Positions 5,737 through 12,604 of a DNA stretch of 27,641 nt are shown in pieces. How positions within the stretch are numbered: the first letter of the stretch is position 1; the number at the start of each line of letters is the position of its first letter. The notes beneath the pieces are model-generated. The model ran no database searches. It was not told the origin of the DNA and worked only from the letters and a program-made list of their open reading frames with translations. The position numbers and the translations under genes were made by a program. The stretch comes from Methanobacteriota archaeon (lineage in GTDB: Archaea; Thermoplasmatota; Poseidoniia; Poseidoniales; Poseidoniaceae): assembly GCA_011522915.1 (NCBI GenBank), contig WTIA01000154.1, positions 1 through 27,641 on the forward strand, given 5' to 3'.

Positions 5737-8166
5737 TCAATCCCTCCTAGGCATGAATGAAAAACCAATTCCTACTAATCCAACTAATAACATAATGACA
5801 CCGAATATCAATCCCGCTGTTTCGCTCGGGCCCGGTGCTTCAGGAATTAGATTTGAACTCAATTCAACCGAATCCGTTGTGCCACTTGGGGCATCATGAA
5901 TCACTTGTCCCTCGATAACCGATAGGATGCTGTAATTGTGTTGTCCCTCCATTGTAGGTGTGTGCCGATAGGTAAGTTGTGAAGTAACTGCGATTTGCTC
6001 TCCGTTGTGAACAACTGCCCATTCATCCGCATTGCCTTCCCAACTCAAGATTACCTCTCTTCCATCGAGTTTAGCAACAACATTAGTCGCAGTAGGTGGA
6101 ACGCTACCAGTGAAAACTTGGGACGTGATGTTGTTTGCTCCAAGGTCGTCAATGACCTTGACTTCGAGGTTGAGTTGGTCGGTCATTGTCGTTGTATATG
6201 TCATTCCATTGTGCATTACAGCTCCATCGACACTCCATATCGCAGTAACAACTGCGCCATCGACATCGCTAGATGACATGGCTGAGAATGTAACAAGGGC
6301 TCCCCGAATCAAATTTTCTGGCGCAGTTATGACAGCAACTGGGACCGTGTTTGAGATAGTGAAGTCGATTGATAACACTGGTCCGTCGTCCTCTCCGTCA
6401 TTAGGAGTAATCATTGCCGTCCATACATCTCCAGCACCCAACTTGTTTTCTGATACAGTTGGCCCTGTTTCGTCGGTCATGAATCCGTTACGCATCCATG
6501 CCCAAGTCAGAGTCACAGTATCTCCATTGGCGTCATCTGATTGAATCGAAGGGCTTAGTGCAAGCAATGCTGTTTGAGTAACTGGGCCATCATAAGACAA
6601 AGTTGGTAGTGAGTTTGCTATAACAACAGTATCGGTTAGAGTGTTTGATTGTGCCATTGCGTTGTCATAAACCAACAGTGTCAACGTTAGAATGTCTCCA
6701 GATAATGACCATGATTCCGATGTTTGCAGTTCATCGCCATCGATATCGGATGCTTCGAAAGTGTAAGTTGCCTCATCCTCAAAGAATATTTCATCTTGGT
6801 CGATAGATAATGTAGAGAGTACTGGAGCAGTGTTTTGAATTACCACTGAATTACTCTCCATCCAGTCAGAGTAAATCTCGCCATCCGTCACTCTTGCTTT
6901 GACCTTCCAAGTATCACCCTTTTCCGTGTAGAAGGATGGTAATGTAGAGGATGTTGCTGCACCCATGCTTCCTATCCATTCCCATTCGTATGTTAGGGCA
7001 TCGTTGTCTACATCCGTTCCTTGGGCTGTTGCTGTTAGGTCATCCACAGTCGTGAAAGGACCGCCGGAGATAGATACGCTAACCATCGTTGGCGCTGTGT
7101 TATCGCTGCCGATAGTGATATCTTGAGTGGTGAACCAGTCACTGTCTACTTCGCCATCATTTACTCTAATCTTAGCGTACCAAACATCTCCATCTCGTAT
7201 TGCCACAGAAGGAACTGTTGTGTCTCCATCGAAGGCTGAAACCTTCGAACCATCGACATACCATTCTGTATCGCTAACTGTTCTTGCGTCATTATCAGCA
7301 TCAGATGATGTGTGAATTAAACTTAGGTCATCTGATTCCAAAGCATCGCTTGGGGTAATTTCAGCCGATTCTACAATCGGAATTGAATTGACAACCAGCA
7401 AGTTTGCAGAGTGTACAGGAGTGCCGTTATCGGTTCCGTCGCTTGGAGTTACGGTAACATTCCACAACTCTCCTTTCGCTGTTAAAGATGGAGGAACTGT
7501 TGTTTGGTCATTTCTTGAAGATTCAAGTTGGCCATCTTTGTACCAGCGGATCATAGTTCCTGATTCCAAATCTCCATCTGAGTCCTGATATGTGTAACTG
7601 AGAGATAGAGTATCGGTTGTAACCGGATTTGATGGAGAGAGTTGCAAATTGGTTGCAGTTGGAGGGTTATTTGGCGTGGGACCACCTGTTTCTGGTATTG
7701 TTATGGTAGTAGTTCCCCAAGCGTCGCCCCCAGTTCCGCTATTACCGTTAGCGGTTAATCCGGCGAGATCAAATTGTACCGAGCCTGAGCCTGCTGTAGG
7801 AGCGGTCCAATCTACGCTCCAACTTCTGTAACTGTTAGAGGTATGTGTAGCGCTATCTCCTGCACTGTTAACTTTGACCGCCATTATACCAACGCCGCCT
7901 GTTGAAAAAGTGCCCTTGTTGGTATCTAGACTGAATCCTCCATTACTTCCAGATACACCTCCTGAAACCGATATCGAGAGAGTGTATGTTGTACCTGGGG
8001 TATACGCTGATGGTTGACCTGACATGGAGACTGTAGCAGAACCACCGTAATGGCAACTGCAACCATTTCCTGATGAAAATTTGCCGTTCATTTTTCCTAT
8101 CGAAGTGGGTGCAGTAGATGCGAGTAACAAAGTGACTAACAACAAAGCGGCAAATTTCAAACGCAT
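5737..8166 (-). CDS. Large cell-surface protein: N-terminal Cys-x-Cys-His (Reeler-like?) domain, about 5 tandem Ig-like repeats, a PKD-like domain, an FN3-like domain and a C-terminal TM anchor
   Basis: The signal peptide is MRLKFAALLLVTLLLAST. GNGCSCHYGG sits at aa 33-42, followed by GGFSL...ATHTS...WSVDWTAPTAGSGSVQF. Five repeats of about 75-90 aa share D.D.D...W..G...GD.W.....DG. A PKD-like segment (VTFSAMSSSDVDGAVVTAIWSVDG) and an FN3-like segment (VAKLDGREVILSWEGNADEWAVVHNGEQI) follow. The C-terminal anchor is AGLIFGVIMLLVGLVGIGFSFMPRRD. Confidence 0.9.
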   Translation of the reverse strand: MRLKFAALLLVTLLLASTAPTSIGKMNGKFSSGNGCSCHYGGSATVSMSGQPSAYTPGTTYTLSISVSGGVSGSNGGFSLDTNKGTFSTGGVGIMAVKVNSAGDSATHTSNSYRSWSVDWTAPTAGSGSVQFDLAGLTANGNSGTGGDAWGTTTITIPETGGPTPNNPPTATNLQLSPSNPVTTDTLSLSYTYQDSDGDLESGTMIRWYKDGQLESSRNDQTTVPPSLTAKGELWNVTVTPSDGTDNGTPVHSANLLVVNSIPIVESAEITPSDALESDDLSLIHTSSDADNDARTVSDTEWYVDGSKVSAFDGDTTVPSVAIRDGDVWYAKIRVNDGEVDSDWFTTQDITIGSDNTAPTMVSVSISGGPFTTVDDLTATAQGTDVDNDALTYEWEWIGSMGAATSSTLPSFYTEKGDTWKVKARVTDGEIYSDWMESNSVVIQNTAPVLSTLSIDQDEIFFEDEATYTFEASDIDGDELQTSESWSLSGDILTLTLLVYDNAMAQSNTLTDTVVIANSLPTLSYDGPVTQTALLALSPSIQSDDANGDTVTLTWAWMRNGFMTDETGPTVSENKLGAGDVWTAMITPNDGEDDGPVLSIDFTISNTVPVAVITAPENLIRGALVTFSAMSSSDVDGAVVTAIWSVDGAVMHNGMTYTTTMTDQLNLEVKVIDDLGANNITSQVFTGSVPPTATNVVAKLDGREVILSWEGNADEWAVVHNGEQIAVTSQLTYRHTPTMEGQHNYSILSVIEGQVIHDAPSGTTDSVELSSNLIPEAPGPSETAGLIFGVIMLLVGLVGIGFSFMPRRD
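6337..7665 (-). repeat. Intragenic tandem array of about 5 diverged domain repeats (about 75-90 codons each) within the 809-aa surface protein gene
   Basis: The repeats are visible at protein level. R1 is TDTLSLSYTYQDSDGDLESGTMIRWYKDG...GELWNVTVTPSDGTDNG. R2 is SDDLSLIHTSSDADNDARTVSDTEWYVDG...GDVWYAKIRVNDGEVDS. R3 is VDDLTATAQGTDVDNDALTYEWEWIG...GDTWKVKARVTDGEIYS. R4 is degenerate (ATYTFEASDIDGDELQTSESWSL...). R5 is LALSPSIQSDDANGDTVTLTWAWMRNG...GDVWTAMITPNDGEDDG. Confidence 0.7.
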
Positions 8167-8210
8167 GTTTGTGCTAAGTTTGAGGCCTTTTTAGTATCAT
8201 GTGTTCAGCG

Positions 8211-10223
8211 TCAGAACTCGAATAGCGTCTTAGGACCTTTTTTTGGTTCTGAAATCTGTGAGTACAACTTGGATTCACTCCAAACATCAACACCCAGCGA
8301 TTCAGCTTTAGCTAGTTTACTACCGGCTTTTTCTCCAGCGATTAAGACATCCAAATTCCCACTAACACTACCAACAACTTTCCCGCCGGAGTTCTTTATT
8401 GCAAGAGCGATTTCTTTTCGTGGTCGCGATAGTGACCCCGTAATGCAAAAAGACAAACCGTCGAAAACTCCACTCGCAGACTCAGATTCCTTTGTGACGT
8501 TGATTATCGTCGCTAGTTCATCAAGCAAACCTCTCCGTTTGACTATTCCCTCTCTGAAGATATTTGCAACCTTGTCTCCAATTCCTTCTATTGTGGTCAA
8601 TTCTTCAATTTCTCCATAATCCACCCAATTGAGCAAGTTTTCTAGGGATGTAAAATGTTGAGAAATTACTGTTGCTACCTCGGGACCAATTCTTTCAATA
8701 CCAAGAGCGTGCAGGAACTTTGCCAAGTTTAGCGATTTAGTCTTCGCTAATTCGTCGAGTACGTTGTAAGCGCTTTTGTCGCCCATTCTTTCTAGACTCG
8801 TAATTTGAGAATGGCTTAGCCTGTAAAGGTCTGCAATTGTTGAAACTAATCCACTATCCAATAGGGCCTCAATCAATTTCTCCCCAATTCCGTCCATCTC
8901 TAGAGTTCTACACCAATATGTGAGCGCTCTTGCTGTTCTTGCATCGCACTCCAATGCCGTACACCTTAGGAAGGCCCCCTCCATTTCTAACTGCCTGCTG
9001 CAAGCAGGGCAGTTTGTTGGAATTGGTATTTCTGCGAAATTCAAATCACTCTCAAAAGAAGTCCCATCTGCGTGGAATCTATTTTCTAAATCCAATTTGG
9101 TAGCCTTACCTAGATTTTCTATTATTTTTGGAATGACGTCTCCTCTTCTAGTAATCTTAACTTTGTCACCGATTTTTATTGCTAAACGCTCAACTTCTCC
9201 TACATTATGCAAGGTTACGTTTTCAACGGTAACTCCGCCAACCATCTGTGGAGCAATTCTAGCGACCGGAGTTACCGTTCCTGTTCTACCGGTTTGCCAA
9301 TCAACGTCGAGAAGGACGGATATCGCCTCTTGGGATGGGAACTTCCACGCTAAAGCCCACCTTGGATGGTGAGCGGTCATTCCTAAATTTTCTCTCTGTT
9401 CTAAATTGTCTAATTTGAATACAATTCCGTCTATTTCATATTCATAACTTGACCTCGATCCACTCCACTTTTCAGTATGTTGAATCATCTCTTTTTGCGG
9501 TGTTTCAGATTCAAAGACTTCCCAAGGTGCGGGTTCAATACCAACCCCTTGAAGCCAAGCAAGAAGTTCACTATCATTGACTGCATCTGGCGATTGTCCG
9601 GGGAATTTTACATCATAAGCCCAGAAAACTAGATCTGATGCTTCCGCTTTTCCATCGCCGTGCTTTTGTCTCAGCGCACCCGAGCAAAGATTACGGGGAT
9701 TGGGAGATACGTCTCTGTATTTTTCTTCAAAGGTTGAAAGTGGCATGACTACCTCGCCTCTGACGTGACAATCGATTGCCAGGGAAAGGCGCTGTGGCAC
9801 ATTAGAAACCAATTTTGCATTCAGAGTTACGTCTTCGCCCCTTTCACCACTGCCTCTTGTTGCAGCTCTGTGTAAATTACCAGATACGTATTCTAATGAC
9901 AATGCTGAGCCGTCTAATTTTGGTTGAGCGAGGTATCGCTTTCCACCAAAGGTAGATTGTGTTACAAAGTGAATTATATCCTCGTCTGTTGTTCCTTTGT
10001 CAAGAGATCTCATCGGGAACATGTGTTCTACTTTCACAGTTCCTGGTAATGGTTCAGGGCCCACTTCATGAAGAACTTCGTTATCTGGGTCTAATGCTTT
10101 CAGTTCATCCCATAGTAAGTCAAATTCCTGGTCAGATATCTCAGGAGCTGCGTGATTGTAGTACAATTCTCTATGGTATCTGACCGCATTGGCCAGAAAT
10201 TGAACTCGGTCTTCTCCGGCCAT
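8211..10223 (-). CDS. ligA: NAD+-dependent DNA ligase
   Basis: The full LigA architecture is present. The Ia domain reads YHRELYYNHAAPEISDQEFDLLWDEL and the adenylation motif is AQPKLDGSALSLEY (KxDG). An OB region follows, then the Cys4 zinc finger CPACSRQLEMEGAFLRCTALEC, an HhH region and a C-terminal BRCT domain (FCITGSLS...LDVLIAGEKAGSKLAKAESLGV). Length is 670 aa. Confidence 0.97.
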   Translation of the reverse strand: MAGEDRVQFLANAVRYHRELYYNHAAPEISDQEFDLLWDELKALDPDNEVLHEVGPEPLPGTVKVEHMFPMRSLDKGTTDEDIIHFVTQSTFGGKRYLAQPKLDGSALSLEYVSGNLHRAATRGSGERGEDVTLNAKLVSNVPQRLSLAIDCHVRGEVVMPLSTFEEKYRDVSPNPRNLCSGALRQKHGDGKAEASDLVFWAYDVKFPGQSPDAVNDSELLAWLQGVGIEPAPWEVFESETPQKEMIQHTEKWSGSRSSYEYEIDGIVFKLDNLEQRENLGMTAHHPRWALAWKFPSQEAISVLLDVDWQTGRTGTVTPVARIAPQMVGGVTVENVTLHNVGEVERLAIKIGDKVKITRRGDVIPKIIENLGKATKLDLENRFHADGTSFESDLNFAEIPIPTNCPACSRQLEMEGAFLRCTALECDARTARALTYWCRTLEMDGIGEKLIEALLDSGLVSTIADLYRLSHSQITSLERMGDKSAYNVLDELAKTKSLNLAKFLHALGIERIGPEVATVISQHFTSLENLLNWVDYGEIEELTTIEGIGDKVANIFREGIVKRRGLLDELATIINVTKESESASGVFDGLSFCITGSLSRPRKEIALAIKNSGGKVVGSVSGNLDVLIAGEKAGSKLAKAESLGVDVWSESKLYSQISEPKKGPKTLFEF

Positions 10224-10254
10224 GTTTATTCACCTATGCCAATGACTATCAATG

Positions 10255-10683
10255 TCACGAAAATTGTAATCCCAATAGTTCCACATCTGGTAATGGACAT
10301 CGAGTCATAATCGCTTTTGATAAGATCCTGATGTGTATTTCTGCAACAACGTGTACAACACATTCGAACATGTGACCTGCGTGGACATTATTGTCATCGT
10401 CGCACCAACAACAATGTATGTGAGTGAAAGCATCGCCGTCTTGCTTTCTAGCAATGTTTCCAGAAAGGCTGACTAATTCAGATGGTGAATCAAGATTTCT
10501 TCTGATGTAAACTCCATCTTCGTTCATGTAACCGTACAAAGTGTCTCTTGTTCTTCCAATGCCACTTGTGATTGCTGCAGCATTGAATCCTACCTCATCC
10601 GCAAGACTTTGCAAAGTTGCGTGTATTTCCTCACCTGGGTCTAGCCTAACGAACAGGTCCTCCCCGCTACGTGTCCACTCCAT
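10255..10683 (-). CDS. PPC/DUF296-domain (PD1-like) putative DNA-binding protein
   Basis: The pattern LFVRLDPGEEIHATLQSLADEVGFNAAAITSGIGRTRDTLYGY...ELVSLSGNI...HIH...AGHMFECVVHVVAEIHI follows the DUF296/PPC consensus (RL.pGedl...l......a.v.sgiG......lgy...Ei.SL.Gni...H.H......GGHl....v..t.Ev). It lies 31 nt upstream of ligA on the same strand. Confidence 0.8.
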   Translation of the reverse strand: MEWTRSGEDLFVRLDPGEEIHATLQSLADEVGFNAAAITSGIGRTRDTLYGYMNEDGVYIRRNLDSPSELVSLSGNIARKQDGDAFTHIHCCWCDDDNNVHAGHMFECVVHVVAEIHIRILSKAIMTRCPLPDVELLGLQFS

Positions 10684-10706
10684 ATCAATCCGGGAGTGGC
10701 GGGGCT

Positions 10707-10714
10707 CAATTATG
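10707..10714 (-). promoter_or_regulatory. TATA-like box (CATAATTG on the minus strand) upstream of the PPC gene
   Basis: It lies 24-31 nt upstream of the ATG at 10683, with no Shine-Dalgarno sequence in between. This predicts a leaderless transcript. Confidence 0.3.
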
Positions 10715-10760
10715 GTTATCTCGATATTTTCTACATTGATTGTAAGGGAGGCTTCTCATA

Positions 10761-12554
10761 GTGCTGCTATTTAGGCCAACCATGAGTGAGGGCGGTCCGT
10801 TCAAACGTTTGCTACGGTATATGTCACCCCACAAAGGAACCATTCGACTTGCGACATTGTGCTCAGTTCTGAATAAAATCTGGGACCTAGCGCCACCTTT
10901 GTTGATTGGTTTGGCCGTTGATGTTGTTGTTCAAAGAGAAGAGTCTTTTCTCGCTGGTTTCGGAATCGAAGATGCATGGCATCAGTTGATTTTCCTCTCA
11001 GTGCTAACTTTCCTAATCTGGGGATTAGAGTCGTTATTCGAATACTTCTACGGTGTTTTATGGAGAAATTTAGCACAAACAGTTCAACATGAATTGCGCC
11101 TAGAAACATTTAGCCACGTTCAAAAACAAGGAATGGGCTGGTTTGATGAAAGACAAAAGGGCGACATTTTGGCAATCCTAAATGATGACATAAATCAGTT
11201 AGAGAGATTTCTAGACAAGGGTGCTAATGACCTATTACAAGTGACTACTACTGTGATAGTTGTAGGTGCAGTATTCCTAGCTATATCTTGGGAAGTTGCC
11301 CTGTTTGCTGTTTTACCGATTCCAATTATCATCTGGGGTTCATTCCTCTACCAAAGAAACCTAGAACCAAGATATGCAGAGGTTAGGAATACTGCTGGGA
11401 AATTAAATGCTCTACTTGAAAACGATTTATCGGGTATGTCTACCATACAATCATTTACAGCGGAAGATAGAGAATTAGAGAGGGTTGAAGATCTTAGTAA
11501 TGAATATCGGAATGCTAACAAAAAAGCAATCCGACTTTCCGTTGCCTTCGTTCCAATGATTAGAATGGCAATTCTTTGTGGATTTACAGCAACGTTACTA
11601 CTCGGTGGATGGTTTACGCTTGAAGGGGTTCTTGCAATCGGCGCGTACTCAGTTCTCGTTTTCATGACTCAAAGATTGCTTTGGCCTTTGACGAGATTGG
11701 GTGAAACCTTTGATTTGTACCAAAGAGCGATGGCGTCTTCAACTCGAGTACTCGATGTCTTGTCCTCCCCTACAGAAATAGTCCAAGGAGATTATAGTCC
11801 AGATAGAGAAGAAGTTGCAAGTTCTGATATTAACATAAAGTCGGTTAGTTTTGCATACAGCGGAAGAGAAAACGTATTTGATGGCCTTGATTTGAATATC
11901 AAATCCAACGAAACCACTGGAATTGTTGGAGCAACTGGTTCAGGAAAAACCACATTGATACGCTTGCTACTACGTTTTGCAGAACCAAATTCAGGAGATA
12001 TTCAATGGGCAGGAAGACCACTGCCTGAATGGAATCTCAACACACTGCGCTCCTCAATGTCGCTTGTCGACCAGCACATTACACTCTTTCCAACAACTAT
12101 TTTGGAAAACATTCGTTACGGAAATCCGACGGCTACTGATGAGGAAGTAAAAGCCGCTGGCCTAATTGCAGAGGCTTCAGGATTTATCGAAGAATTACCA
12201 GATGCATGGGGAACTATGGTTGGTGAAGGTGGCCACAGACTATCTGGAGGTCAACGACAACGCCTTGCAATCGCTAGGGCGGTGCTGAAAGATGCTCCAG
12301 TATTAATCCTCGATGAGGCAACTTCTGCAGTTGATAACGAAACCGAGGCCGCATTGCAGAGGTCAATAAGTAAAATTTCACGCGATAGAACTGCCATTAT
12401 AATAGCTCATAGACTCTCGACAATTCGTAATGCACACAGAATTGTTGTGCTAGAAAATGGAGTAATTATCGAAGATGGGGCGCATGAAGACCTCGTTTCC
12501 AAACGTGGTACGTACGCGCGGATGTGGGCTGTTCAGACAGGTTCAAATCTATGA
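10761..12554 (+). CDS. ABC exporter, fused permease/ATPase half-transporter (MsbA/MDR-like)
   Basis: The N-terminal half is a six-helix TMD. The NBD has Walker A GATGSGKTT, Q-loop VDQH, signature LSGGQRQRLAIARA, Walker B VLILDEATSAVD and H-loop IIAHRL. The GTG at 10761 is preceded by AAGGGAGG (10744-10751) at 9-nt spacing. The alternative start is the ATG at 10782 (MSEGGPFKRLL). Confidence 0.95.
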   Translation: MLLFRPTMSEGGPFKRLLRYMSPHKGTIRLATLCSVLNKIWDLAPPLLIGLAVDVVVQREESFLAGFGIEDAWHQLIFLSVLTFLIWGLESLFEYFYGVLWRNLAQTVQHELRLETFSHVQKQGMGWFDERQKGDILAILNDDINQLERFLDKGANDLLQVTTTVIVVGAVFLAISWEVALFAVLPIPIIIWGSFLYQRNLEPRYAEVRNTAGKLNALLENDLSGMSTIQSFTAEDRELERVEDLSNEYRNANKKAIRLSVAFVPMIRMAILCGFTATLLLGGWFTLEGVLAIGAYSVLVFMTQRLLWPLTRLGETFDLYQRAMASSTRVLDVLSSPTEIVQGDYSPDREEVASSDINIKSVSFAYSGRENVFDGLDLNIKSNETTGIVGATGSGKTTLIRLLLRFAEPNSGDIQWAGRPLPEWNLNTLRSSMSLVDQHITLFPTTILENIRYGNPTATDEEVKAAGLIAEASGFIEELPDAWGTMVGEGGHRLSGGQRQRLAIARAVLKDAPVLILDEATSAVDNETEAALQRSISKISRDRTAIIIAHRLSTIRNAHRIVVLENGVIIEDGAHEDLVSKRGTYARMWAVQTGSNL

Positions 12555-12567
12555 AAATAAACGGGCC

Positions 12568-12575
12568 TTTATATT
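12568..12575 (+). promoter_or_regulatory. Archaeal TATA box (TTTATATT) for the rhodopsin gene
   Basis: This is a near-consensus TTTAWATA element in the 50-nt spacer after the ABC gene stop. It lies 30-37 nt upstream of the ATG at 12605, predicting a transcription start near 12598 and a 5' UTR of only a few nucleotides. Confidence 0.45.
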
Positions 12576-12604
12576 TACAACGTGTAAGAAACAGCCTGAA
12601 AATT

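Noticed and set aside
5617-8061. The Cys-x3-Cys-His (5617-5634) and Cys-x-Cys-His (8050-8061) motifs as canonical c-type cytochrome heme-attachment sites
   Set aside because: Canonical heme c attachment needs CxxCH. Variants with 3-4 intervening residues exist, but C-x-C-H is not a known attachment motif. There is only one such site per protein, and the window contains no cytochrome maturation genes. I kept this as a possible metal or cofactor site, not as a cytochrome call.
12524-12604. N-terminal extension of the rhodopsin ORF, and the antisense ORF 12466-12819
   Set aside because: The extension starts inside the ABC transporter gene and reads through the TATA box at 12568-12575. The ATG at 12605 gives a typical signal peptide. 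The antisense ORF has no support.
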